Origin: Gammaproteobacteria bacterium
Lineage (GTDB): Bacteria > Pseudomonadota > Gammaproteobacteria > Eutrophobiales > Eutrophobiaceae
DNA length: 16,842 nt
Reading direction: 5' to 3'
NCBI GenBank assembly: GCA_963422205.2
Contig: OY728593.2
Coordinates: 1 to 16,842, forward strand
A program made the translations under genes and the position numbers. Position 1 is the first letter of the stretch. Every line of letters starts with the position of its first letter. Positions 5,791 through 15,307 of the stretch are shown one piece after another. The notes below the pieces were generated by a model, which searched no databases, was not told where the DNA came from, and was given only the letters and a program-made list of their open reading frames with translations.

Positions 5791-7257
5791 ATGAAGCCGG
5801 CCACATTCATTATCCTGATAGTGACCCTGTGGCCGGCCTCATCCCTCGCCCACCAGACCCGCTGCAACTTGACCGGCTGGGATGACCCGGTCTCGCCCTG
5901 CCAGGGGAGCTGTAGCAGCTCCCAAGCCATTTATGAGCAGCGTCCCGCGGGCAGCCGTACCTATGAGTATTCCAGTTACACCATCACGGCACAGACTTTT
6001 GAATCCCGTTGTGTCTATCCCAATCAAACCCCCGGTCGCTGGTATCCCGCCCAGGAACAGATTCAGACCTTCACCTGCAAGAGCGGCTATCAATGGGATG
6101 ACAGAAACCATATCTGCATCCGTGCCACCTGCACCGCCACCCAGCAATGGAATCCTGCCACCGCCCGCTGTGAGAGTGCTTGCCCGACAGGCACCACCTT
6201 CGCCCTGACAGAGGCCAATCCACAAGGCATCTGTCAACTTGACTGTCCTGCCGGTTATTACCGCCTCAGTGACAGCGAATGCCAACGCTGTGGTTCGGGC
6301 ACAGAGCTGGTCATCACCCCGGACGATCGTTCTGGCACCTGCTTGCCCTTTTGTCCCTTAGGTCATCTTCGCAATATCTCGGGCAACTGTGAGCCGCTGC
6401 TATGCCCTGATGGCCAGGTGCTCCATAACGGCGATTGCCTGCCGGCCTGTCCGACAGGACACATCCGTAATGAAGCCGGCCACTGTGAGGCACTTCTCTG
6501 CCGTGCTGGCATGGTCGTCTTTCAGGGACAATGCCGAGAGCAATGCCCCGGCACCCAGCAATACGATGCGCTCGGTCAATGCACCTCGCAGCGCTGTCCC
6601 CTCGGCCAGACCCGCAACAGCCAGGGCCGCTGTCAACCCCTGCCTGCCCCTGATGATAACGATAACGACAGCGATGCGGATGATGACAGCGATAACGGCA
6701 ACGATGATAATAACGACAGTGAGGGGGAGAGCACAACGACAACTAACAACACCACGAACAATAACACCACCAATAACACCACCAACCGCACCATCATCAA
6801 CACCACGACCACCAACACCAATGGCGGCAGCGGTGATGGCACAGGCACAGGCACCGGCAGCGGTCAGGGTGAGGGCGCAGGGCAGGGCGAGGGTGAGGGC
6901 GATACGCTCAGTGGCCCGGATGCTTTTCAGTTGACTGAGATTGACCTGCCCGATGCCGAGGGCATTCAGGGCATTGCCGATACGCTAACCACCATTGACA
7001 CCAGCACACTGACCAGCCCATTTACCCGCTTGATTGACAAGGTGCTGGCGGTGATCTGGTCAGCGCCACCTTCCTCTGCCTGTCCCTTGCTGGGGTATTC
7101 TTATGGCACGGGCGAGCGGGCCTACACCCCACTGGCACAATGGCAGATCGTCTGCGGCTGGCTGGACTTCTTTCGTGGGTTGCTGGATCTGCTCGTCGCT
7201 TCTCTGTCCCTGTTTGCCTGTTTCTCCATCGCCAGCAAGCTCACTCTGCGGCCATGA
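5791..7257 (+). CDS. pIII-like adsorption protein, 488 aa, Cys-rich
   Basis: Signal peptide, 26 Cys in the N-terminal part, D/N-, T/N- and G-rich linkers, and a C-terminal CP..C motif with membrane anchor. It lies between pVIII and pVI. Confidence 0.85.
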   Translation: MKPATFIILIVTLWPASSLAHQTRCNLTGWDDPVSPCQGSCSSSQAIYEQRPAGSRTYEYSSYTITAQTFESRCVYPNQTPGRWYPAQEQIQTFTCKSGYQWDDRNHICIRATCTATQQWNPATARCESACPTGTTFALTEANPQGICQLDCPAGYYRLSDSECQRCGSGTELVITPDDRSGTCLPFCPLGHLRNISGNCEPLLCPDGQVLHNGDCLPACPTGHIRNEAGHCEALLCRAGMVVFQGQCREQCPGTQQYDALGQCTSQRCPLGQTRNSQGRCQPLPAPDDNDNDSDADDDSDNGNDDNNDSEGESTTTTNNTTNNNTTNNTTNRTIINTTTTNTNGGSGDGTGTGTGSGQGEGAGQGEGEGDTLSGPDAFQLTEIDLPDAEGIQGIADTLTTIDTSTLTSPFTRLIDKVLAVIWSAPPSSACPLLGYSYGTGERAYTPLAQWQIVCGWLDFFRGLLDLLVASLSLFACFSIASKLTLRP

Positions 7258-7667
7258 GAGATATCCACCGACAACAGGGCTTTGTGCAGCTCCCGGCACT
7301 GGCCGCCATCGGCTCGCTGCTGATTGCTATCGGCAGTTGGCTGGCTTCCGCCTGGACGGCGGCAACCTCTGCCTTGATTACCTACAGCACGCTGCGCTTT
7401 GCGGTCATGGTCATTATTGCAACCGTTTGGCTGACGGCTTTTACCGCAGTGGTGCTGGCCATCGATGCCTTGCTGCCGACCGCTGCAGTGACCACGGCCT
7501 CGGCATCGTTGCGTTCAAATAACTTGTTTGCGGCGTATTTTCTGCCCTGGTTCTCATACCTTAGACCGGCCTGCCTGACCGCCTGCATCGGCGCTATCAG
7601 TGCCACCTGGGTGGCCGCCAAGCTCTGGCAGGTCTACTGGGTCATCCTCGATATCCGGCGCACCTGA
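7254..7667 (+). CDS. pVI-like hydrophobic minor coat protein, 137 aa
   Basis: The ATG overlaps the pIII stop (ATGA). Several hydrophobic helices, directly upstream of zot. Confidence 0.78.
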   Translation: MRDIHRQQGFVQLPALAAIGSLLIAIGSWLASAWTAATSALITYSTLRFAVMVIIATVWLTAFTAVVLAIDALLPTAAVTTASASLRSNNLFAAYFLPWFSYLRPACLTACIGAISATWVAAKLWQVYWVILDIRRT

Positions 7668-7668
7668 T

Positions 7669-8478
7669 ATGCAGCACGGGGTGTTTTTTATCACGGGCAA
7701 GCTGGGGGCAGGGAAGGGCCTGGTCTCGGTCAGCCATATGGTGGAGAAATACATCCAGCGAGGCCGACGGGTGGCCACCAACTTCAACCTGTTCTTCGAA
7801 CACTACCCTAACCCCCACCGGCGGGAGCTGCACGTCATCCGCCTGCCCGATAAACCCACAGCGGAGCACCTGAGCGCTATCGGCACAGCCTATGCGGGCG
7901 ACTATGATGAGAGTCAGAACGGCCTCATCCTGCTGGATGAATGTGCCAGTTGGTTTAACTCCCGGCAATGGAACGACAAGGGCCGCCAGGCCTTGATTGA
8001 ATGGCTCATCCATGCCCGAAAGCTGGGCTGGGATCTGTACTTCAACGTCCAGTCCTTCGAGGTGGTGGACAGTCAGGCCAGGCAACTCATCGGTGAGCAC
8101 GTGGTCAACTGCTATGCCGGCAAGAAACTGCCCATCATCCGTCTGTTGCCGTTCAAATTCCACCTCGGTACGGTCTACTACATGCTCGATGGCGGCAAGC
8201 AGAAAGTCGATACCTGGCTCTACAAGGCCGACCGCTACTACAAGCTCTATGATACCCGGCAGATATTCAGTCCGTTCTATGCCCATGGCATCTACAGCTA
8301 CCTATCGCCCTGGCACTTAAAAGGCCGTTACCTCAAGCGCCGGACATGGAAGGATGTTGTCAACTTTGGCCTTCGCCTGTTGCTTTATGCCATCCTGCTC
8401 ATCTTTGCCATCTGCCAGCGCAAACCGGTGATGACCCTGGCCTATGAATACGGCATGACCTGCCAGCGGCCAGGATAA
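7669..8478 (+). CDS. zot: Zot/pI-like assembly ATPase (second copy)
   Basis: Same translation as 45..854. Confidence 0.93.
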   Translation: MQHGVFFITGKLGAGKGLVSVSHMVEKYIQRGRRVATNFNLFFEHYPNPHRRELHVIRLPDKPTAEHLSAIGTAYAGDYDESQNGLILLDECASWFNSRQWNDKGRQALIEWLIHARKLGWDLYFNVQSFEVVDSQARQLIGEHVVNCYAGKKLPIIRLLPFKFHLGTVYYMLDGGKQKVDTWLYKADRYYKLYDTRQIFSPFYAHGIYSYLSPWHLKGRYLKRRTWKDVVNFGLRLLLYAILLIFAICQRKPVMTLAYEYGMTCQRPG

Positions 8479-9093
8479 CACTCCCCACGAATTTACCCCA
8501 TACTACCCCTTGCCCAGCCTCAAAAAACGCCTTAAATCGAAAATACGGCGGTCGGATGTGACAGATTGACAGCGAAATGGGGGGTTTTGGCTATTATGGG
8601 TAGCGCTGGCTCATCGCTGAAAGCCCGCACGGACAAGGCATCCCGAGTAATGGCCATCCGCCGATCGCCAGCTAACCACCCCCGCCTTCGCCTGTTTCAG
8701 GTGAGCATTGTCTAGCGAGCCTAAAACAGGCAGGGCATGGTGCACCGCAGGGATGAGATCAGAAAGCGATGCAATCGGCATTGACAAGCACCCGCTGGTG
8801 CAGAGAAAGCCGATACGTGCATTATCCTGATGACAGCAGCCAGGACGTTCCGGTTGCCACGAACACACAAAAAGACAATACAAAAAAAACCCCCAGGGCT
8901 GTGGGTATGTGGATAAAACGTCGTGTGTTTTATCCAGCATATCCACAGCAGACCAACCGGTGGGTATGTGGGTAACTGCGTCTTTTGCAGTTATCCACCA
9001 TATCCACGGGAAGAGATAACCGCCAGGCGGCGGGGGTTAATTCCCGAAGCGCAAGCGTTTCTATGAGGGAATTAACCCCCGCCAACGGCCACC

Positions 9094-9561
9094 TTAGCGT
9101 GCGTTGCAGGCCGCATTGCGCCGCTCGGCCAGGGCACGCTCTCTATCGTGCAGGGATTGACTTTGTGCCGCTCGGTAACCTAAGCCCATGAGACTGCGGT
9201 GGCGCTGCAAGCTGTCTCTGGCACGCTGGCAATGCTGCGCCCGCCAGGCCGCCCGCTGTCGGCGTTGCTCACGTTGTTGTTGCCGTTGCCCGGCTCGATT
9301 TCGCTGTGCCTGCTCCCTGGCCAATAACTCATGGTACTGGCGCATCATCGGGGCAGAAGGCAGAGGATCGTTCATCTCAATGAGATGCTGCCCGCTCGCC
9401 TCATCTCGCTCACACGGCGCATCAGAGAACCGCCAGTGCCCATTTGCCTGCTGGCACTGAAACACCAGCGTCTGGCTGCTCGCTGGCAGGGGAACAAGCC
9501 ACAGAGCGCCGGCGATGGCAGGCAGATAGACGACTGACAGGGGGCGGATGGTGAGGCGCAT
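9094..9561 (-). CDS. DUF4124-like exported protein (second copy)
   Basis: Same translation as 1470..1937. Confidence 0.75.
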   Translation of the reverse strand: MRLTIRPLSVVYLPAIAGALWLVPLPASSQTLVFQCQQANGHWRFSDAPCERDEASGQHLIEMNDPLPSAPMMRQYHELLAREQAQRNRAGQRQQQREQRRQRAAWRAQHCQRARDSLQRHRSLMGLGYRAAQSQSLHDRERALAERRNAACNAR

Positions 9562-9826
9562 CCGGTCATCTTAGCTGATAATCTGTGGATTTACCCCCAT
9601 ACCTGACCCTTGCCCACCCCCGGAAAACGCCTTAAATCGCATCTACGGCGGTCGGATTCGGCTAATTGACGGCGAAATGGGGGATTGTCTGACTTTTCCG
9701 CTTTTCTCGATACCGGCACCGGCCATTCACCGATCGTCAGCTAACTACCCCCCCCCCAATCGATTTGGACAGCTGTCCAAAAAAGTCGATTTGTCTGTTA
9801 GCAAGGCCGGCATCCTGCCGCTGGTC

Positions 9827-10029
9827 ATTACGCATAATGTGGGCATTATGTTCACGGCGAGGCCGTCAGGATAATGGATAAGCCCGAAGGCCGAGCCGCC
9901 CGACAGGCGGGGGTGGCCATCCCTGTACGCTGTCCCCCGTGGCTATCCTTATGCTGATCATCCTGCCGCCACGGGGGACAGCGTGCAGCCCATACCGCCT
10001 GTTGAACATAGTGCCACATTATGCGTCCT
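9827..10029. other. attP-like inverted dif pair (second copy)
   Basis: Same sequence as 2203-2405. Confidence 0.82.
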
Positions 10030-10228
10030 TGACAGCTTGCCTGTCACAGGGGCTTGAGTGACCTGGGGCAGGATGCCGACTACCCCGCAAAACTGACCTG
10101 GCCAGCCTGTTTTTTTGTTGAACGCTCGTTCAATGAACGGGGGGATGGGGGGCAGAATCAGTGCGGGTCCCTATGACACCCGCACTTTGTAACCGGATCC
10201 GGTTATTTTTTGTCTGTTTTTTTGTCTG

Positions 10229-10462
10229 TCAGGGCGCGAACGACAATTTGAGAATGAACAGCAGGATGACCAGGCTGACGCCCAGATTTAGCCGGTTGGT
10301 CACCCTTAACTCAGCGACTGTCACTTCCAATCTATTCAGGCGTTCATCAATGGTGTTGAATTTGCCGGTGAATGTGTGATCGATACTGTCACTGGCTTCT
10401 TTCGCCTCATTCTCGGGTGCACCCGCATGAACCAGGGCGCGGTACAGGGCGGTGCCGCTCAT
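10229..10462 (-). CDS. 77-aa DUF1640/CCDC90-like membrane-anchored coiled-coil protein (second copy)
   Basis: Same as 2605..2838. An AAGGAG RBS is supplied by the end of the repressor B gene. Confidence 0.78.
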   Translation of the reverse strand: MSGTALYRALVHAGAPENEAKEASDSIDHTFTGKFNTIDERLNRLEVTVAELRVTNRLNLGVSLVILLFILKLSFAP

Positions 10463-10467
10463 GACAT

Positions 10468-10650
10468 TTACTCCTTTATATAGTAGTTACCTTGTTCGTC
10501 TATATCTAGTTTAGTTATTGTTTTTATTATTAATTCGCTGATTATTTCACTGGGTCTTATTACCTCTCCTTTCTTTACAGACAGTTCCAGTGCTCTTTTT
10601 TCGACCTTTGGTGCGGCAACCTTATTGATGCTGTAGGTTTTTGCCTTCAT
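10468..10650 (-). CDS. Putative ribbon-helix-helix repressor allele B, 60 aa
   Basis: Divergent from rep in the position of CTX rstR. It has an alternating N-terminal strand KTYSI followed by two helices (KVEKRALELSV; RPSEIISELIIKTI). The fold is inferred. Confidence 0.72.
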   Translation of the reverse strand: MKAKTYSINKVAAPKVEKRALELSVKKGEVIRPSEIISELIIKTITKLDIDEQGNYYIKE

Positions 10651-10669
10651 TTTCTCATTCTAGTTTTAT

Positions 10670-10749
10670 TTTATAAATACTTGACAATAGATAATTTATA
10701 AGTGTAATTTATAAAATAATATAAATTCTATTTTCTTGGAATTTATAAA
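10670..10749 (+). promoter_or_regulatory. Sigma70-like rep promoter with TTTATAA repeats (cassette B)
   Basis: Consensus TTGACA at 10681-10686, with candidate -10 TGTAAT (10703-10708) or TAATTT (10705-10710). TTTATAA occurs at 10670, 10695, 10708 and 10742. Confidence 0.6.
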
Positions 10750-10771
10750 AAAACCTCGAAATATGACAACA

Positions 10772-11905
10772 ATGCCCCACTGGTTTTTTGACTGGTTGAA
10801 GCTGTATCAGGACTTTGATTATGAGTTACCGCTCATCGGTGAGCGTGCTTGTATTCACATTGATGCGGCCACCGGTGAGCAGCTCCGTCTTACCCAGCCG
10901 CCGATTAAGCATGAGGGCAGCCATTCGACCACCATCACGATCACCATCTCATCCAACCGCCTGACGGTCACGGGCAATCCTTCCCGTATCAACCGCTTGG
11001 ATAATCTGTTCGGCTATACCCGTCTCACTGACTGTGTGGCCATCTACAACGCCATCTTACGCACTTACGGCCTGCCTGAGTTCACCCCCTGCACCCAGAC
11101 CTACCATCGTCAGAACAAAGCGCACCAGAGGGTCGAGACCTACAGCGATGGGGCGATGATTACCGAGTTGCACATCACCACCAATCAATCGGTCGGGCAG
11201 GGCAATGAAGAGGATTACCTTCGGGGCATGGCCTCCCAGCGTTACCGCCATTCCATCCCCCGGCTTCTGACCAACGGCAAGACCGTGGACTGGTTGCCAG
11301 CCAACGGCAACCGGCAACGGCTCATCTACCCGTCCATGTACCACAAGGCGCATGAGCTTGGCCTGCACTTGTTGCCCCGCATCAAGAAGCTCTACGGGGC
11401 AGACAGCGAGCAATACCGCTATGTTAAGCAAGTCAAGCGCTACTGCGAGCAACACGGGGTTATCCGCGCCGAGCTCAAGCTGAAATCCCAGTTCCTTAGA
11501 GAGCATAACTACCGCTACTACGGCTTATTTACCGAGGGAGACCTCACCGATCACATCGAGACATTCATCAATACCGACAACCAACTCAAGGTTAATGCCA
11601 TGAACTTGCAATACATCGCCCAGACCCTCTTGACCGAGCACATCGTCAACACCACCTATGCGGCGAATACCACCGCCAGCTATGCGCTGCGCTGGATGCA
11701 CGGCGAGCAGTTTGATTTTAAGCATAACGGTTCTGCACAGAAACACAGAACCCGCCTACGCAAGATAGGCATAGACATTGCCAATCGCTGTGACATCAGC
11801 ACCTTCAGTCCGATTCGGGTGGTATCGACCCGTGAGATTGTAAGGCAACCCCTGGCTGTGCCTGACTGGTATCGGCGGCCACGGCAGTTGAGGCTGGTGG
11901 CATGA
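10772..11905 (+). CDS. Rolling-circle Rep, gene II/X family (second copy)
   Basis: Identical to 3133..4266 from ATG 10772. An in-frame ATG at 10763 could add MTT. Confidence 0.88.
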   Translation: MPHWFFDWLKLYQDFDYELPLIGERACIHIDAATGEQLRLTQPPIKHEGSHSTTITITISSNRLTVTGNPSRINRLDNLFGYTRLTDCVAIYNAILRTYGLPEFTPCTQTYHRQNKAHQRVETYSDGAMITELHITTNQSVGQGNEEDYLRGMASQRYRHSIPRLLTNGKTVDWLPANGNRQRLIYPSMYHKAHELGLHLLPRIKKLYGADSEQYRYVKQVKRYCEQHGVIRAELKLKSQFLREHNYRYYGLFTEGDLTDHIETFINTDNQLKVNAMNLQYIAQTLLTEHIVNTTYAANTTASYALRWMHGEQFDFKHNGSAQKHRTRLRKIGIDIANRCDISTFSPIRVVSTREIVRQPLAVPDWYRRPRQLRLVA

Positions 11906-12081
11906 GTACGCCCTTATCCCGTCAATCGGAATTAGCGCAAGTCCTAGCTGAGGTGCGTCAGATTGCCCTGGATGATTACCTTACCCATTTACGCACCTGT
12001 TTCTACTGTGCCAGCAAGCCATTTCATTTGTGTCATAGCGGTAAAGTTAAACGACTCACCTTAGGAGAGAGCAAGCCATGA
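11902..12081 (+). CDS. 59-aa HxxxCxxC protein (second copy)
   Basis: Same as 4263..4442. Confidence 0.75.
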   Translation: MSTPLSRQSELAQVLAEVRQIALDDYLTHLRTCFYCASKPFHLCHSGKVKRLTLGESKP

Positions 12082-12380
12082 AGATCATTGTCAAAGTGTT
12101 AGACGTACAAACCACCCTTATCAGAGACAAAGAGACGGCCTTGGTGACCATGATGTCCGGTCACGATGTTATTCAAGCCAGGCTGTGGAATGCCGAGTAT
12201 CTGAAAGGCACGCACAAGCAGGCGGAGAAGGTTATCGGCCAGCCGGTGGTGGTCGATGTCATGCCTGAGTTATACAACGACAAGCTCAATTACGGTTTTG
12301 GTTATGCCCCGACCTTCATACCGGTTACCACCTATTTCAAGCAATTCGCTACCCCCACCAGCAAGACAGCGACCGGCTAG
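12078..12380 (+). CDS. Probable ssDNA-binding protein (second copy)
   Basis: Same as 4439..4741. Confidence 0.65.
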   Translation: MKIIVKVLDVQTTLIRDKETALVTMMSGHDVIQARLWNAEYLKGTHKQAEKVIGQPVVVDVMPELYNDKLNYGFGYAPTFIPVTTYFKQFATPTSKTATG

Positions 12381-12390
12381 GGAGATGCTT

Positions 12391-12549
12391 ATGACCACAC
12401 GGCTCGATCCTGATGAGGCGCACAGTGACGATCACTTTGCGTTATGTCCTGGCGATTATGTTCAGCAGGCGTTTGATTTTGGTGCGGATGATTTATCTGA
12501 TGAACACACCCGTATTGGCGATACGCTCTATACGGATGTTGAGCGTTAG
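12391..12549 (+). CDS. 52-aa acidic protein (second copy)
   Basis: Same as 4752..4910. Confidence 0.6.
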   Translation: MTTRLDPDEAHSDDHFALCPGDYVQQAFDFGADDLSDEHTRIGDTLYTDVER

Positions 12550-12598
12550 TGCGCTTGCAGGTTCTCTGTCATTCCTCATCCTGCCCTACAAGGGCAGG

Positions 12599-13018
12599 AT
12601 GAGGCTGACCGAATGCATCCCTAAGCCCCTGTTGATGCTCTGTGCTTTGCTGAGTATCTCAACCCAGGCGGCTGACTGGTCGTGTTTTGGCAGCCTGCGC
12701 TTTGTTGACCGCCATGCGGTAGCCAGCAGTTGTCATGCGGCATGTTCGGCACTGACTGGTGACAGCTTATCGGCCTGCCGCGGGGCCTCACGGCGTTATG
12801 GTCAGTGTTACTTAAACCCCGGCTCGCCAGCCAAGGCGGCGGATTGTGTCCGTCTGCCGACCGGTGTTGAGATTACCGATAACAGTACCGCCGGTTTCCA
12901 TTTTTTATTCAATGCCGAGCCACTGCAGCACTCCCTGAACGAGATCACCTGGCTTATTCTCGCCAGCGGCGTGGTGTTGGCCTTTGCCTTAGGCTTTAAG
13001 ACCGGCCTGATGCGCTGA
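12599..13018 (+). CDS. pVII-position 6-Cys membrane-anchored protein (second copy)
   Basis: Same as 4960..5379. Confidence 0.65.
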   Translation: MRLTECIPKPLLMLCALLSISTQAADWSCFGSLRFVDRHAVASSCHAACSALTGDSLSACRGASRRYGQCYLNPGSPAKAADCVRLPTGVEITDNSTAGFHFLFNAEPLQHSLNEITWLILASGVVLAFALGFKTGLMR

Positions 13019-13131
13019 TGGATATCGCCTATTACACCGCTGCCCTGACTTACCTGTTAGCTGCCTGGATAGCGGGTTATCTGGCGGGTCTGTCAGTTTG
13101 GGCAGTAAAACGCTTTCTTGAGCAGTTGTGA
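13018..13131 (+). CDS. pIX-like minor coat protein (second copy)
   Basis: Same as 5379..5492. Confidence 0.75.
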   Translation: MDIAYYTAALTYLLAAWIAGYLAGLSVWAVKRFLEQL

Positions 13132-13192
13132 TAAGAAACGGTGAAACGGCGCACCGCCAAAACTCGCCACAGTGTTATTGAGGAGACTTAAC

Positions 13193-13423
13193 ATGAAAAC
13201 CCTCGCTACCAAGCTGTTACCTGGCCTGGGCCTTGCCTTGGCCGGTGTACAGGTCAAGGCGGTCTCGCTGATTGACTTCAGCGCAGGCGGCCTGACCGGG
13301 GCGGCCACCAACATCGGTGATACGGCGTCCTCGGCCGCGGCCTTTGTGCTGCCGGTCATCGTCGGTGTGGCTGCCCTGCTGGTGGGTGTTCGCTTGCTCA
13401 AGCGTTTCATCCGCAGCATCTAG
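13193..13423 (+). CDS. Major coat protein precursor (second copy)
   Basis: Same as 5554..5784. Confidence 0.88.
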   Translation: MKTLATKLLPGLGLALAGVQVKAVSLIDFSAGGLTGAATNIGDTASSAAAFVLPVIVGVAALLVGVRLLKRFIRSI

Positions 13424-13429
13424 CTGGCC

Positions 13430-14895
13430 ATGAAGCCGGCCACATTCATTATCCTGATAGTGACCCTGTGGCCGGCCTCATCCCTCGCCCACCAGACCCG
13501 CTGCAACTTGACCGGCTGGGATGACCCGGTCTCGCCCTGCCAGGGGAGCTGTAGCAGCTCCCAAGCCATTTATGAGCAGCGTCCCGCGGGCAGCCGTACC
13601 TATGAGTATTCCAGTTACACCATCACGGCACAGACTTTTGAATCCCGTTGTGTCTATCCCAATCAAACCCCCGGTCGCTGGTATCCCGCCCAGGAACAGA
13701 TTCAGACCTTCACCTGCAAGAGCGGCTATCAATGGGATGACAGAAACCATATCTGCATCCGTGCCACCTGCACCGCCACCCAGCAATGGAATCCTGCCAC
13801 CGCCCGCTGTGAGAGTGCTTGCCCGACAGGCACCACCTTCGCCCTGACAGAGGCCAATCCACAAGGCATCTGTCAACTTGACTGTCCTGCCGGTTATTAC
13901 CGCCTCAGTGACAGCGAATGCCAACGCTGTGGTTCGGGCACAGAGCTGGTCATCACCCCGGACGATCGTTCTGGCACCTGCTTGCCCTTTTGTCCCTTAG
14001 GTCATCTTCGCAATATCTCGGGCAACTGTGAGCCGCTGCTATGCCCTGATGGCCAGGTGCTCCATAACGGCGATTGCCTGCCGGCCTGTCCGACAGGACA
14101 CATCCGTAATGAAGCCGGCCACTGTGAGGCACTTCTCTGCCGTGCTGGCATGGTCGTCTTTCAGGACAATGCCGAGAGCAATGCCCCGGCACCCAGCAAT
14201 ACGATGCGCTCGGTCAATGCACCTCGCAGCGCTGTCCCCTCGGCCAGACCCGCAACAGCCAGGGCCGCTGTCAACCCCTGCCTGCCCCTGATGATAACGA
14301 TAACGACAGCGATGCGGATGATGACAGCGATAACGGCAACGATGATAATAACGACAGTGAGGGGGAGAGCACAACGACAACTAACAACACCACGAACAAT
14401 AACACCACCAATAACACCACCAACCGCACCATCATCAACACCACGACCACCAACACCAATGGCGGCAGCGGTGATGGCACAGGCACAGGCACCGGCAGCG
14501 GTCAGGGTGAGGGCGCAGGGCAGGGCGAGGGTGAGGGCGATACGCTCAGTGGCCCGGATGCTTTTCAGTTGACTGAGATTGACCTGCCCGATGCCGAGGG
14601 CATTCAGGGCATTGCCGATACGCTAACCACCATTGACACCAGCACACTGACCAGCCCATTTACCCGCTTGATTGACAAGGTGCTGGCGGTGATCTGGTCA
14701 GCGCCACCTTCCTCTGCCTGTCCCTTGCTGGGGTATTCTTATGGCACGGGCGAGCGGGCCTACACCCCACTGGCACAATGGCAGATCGTCTGCGGCTGGC
14801 TGGACTTCTTTCGTGGGTTGCTGGATCTGCTCGTCGCTTCTCTGTCCCTGTTTGCCTGTTTCTCCATCGCCAGCAAGCTCACTCTGCGGCCATGA
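13430..14895 (+). pseudogene. pIII-like gene, second copy, with a 1-nt deletion (possibly a sequencing error)
   Basis: CAGGACA at about 14164 versus CAGGGACA in unit A shifts the frame after VVFQ. Confidence 0.8.
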
Positions 14896-15306
14896 GAGAT
14901 ATCCACCGACAACAGGGCTTTGTGCAGCTCCCGGCACTGGCCGCCATCGGCTCGCTGCTGATTGCTATCGGCAGTTGGCTGGCTTCCGCCTGGACGGCGG
15001 CAACCTCTGCCTTGATTACCTACAGCACGCTGCGCTTTGCGGTCATGGTCATTATTGCAACCGTTTGGCTGACGGCTTTTACACCGCAGTGGTGCTGGCC
15101 ATCGATGCCTTGCTGCCGACCGCTGCAGTGACCACGGCCTCGGCATCGTTGCGTTCAAATAACTTGTTTGCGGCGTATTTTCTGCCCTGGTTCTCATACC
15201 TTAGACCGGCCTGCCTGACCGCCTGCATCGGCGCTATCAGTGCCACCTGGTGGCCGCCAAGCTCTGGCAGGTCTACTGGGTCATCCTCGATATCCGGCGC
15301 ACCTGA
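14892..15306 (+). pseudogene. pVI-like gene, second full copy, with two indels (possibly errors)
   Basis: An extra AC at about 15081 and a missing G at about 15250 relative to unit A. Confidence 0.75.
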
Positions 15307-15307
15307 T

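Larger units (their letters stand above)
2203..9826 (+). repeat. Complete phage unit A (att site to att site, 7624 bp) carrying regulatory cassette A
   Basis: The dif-like site at 2203 recurs at 9827. Confidence 0.85.

Noticed and set aside
6652-6900. Short-period repeats as a CRISPR array or VNTR; many NxT sequons
   Set aside because: There is no repeat-spacer structure. This is low-complexity coding sequence of the pIII linker, unchanged between copies.
10736-10771. 12-aa N-terminal extension of Rep in unit B
   Set aside because: It starts at a TTG inside the promoter/operator region and has no counterpart in unit A.
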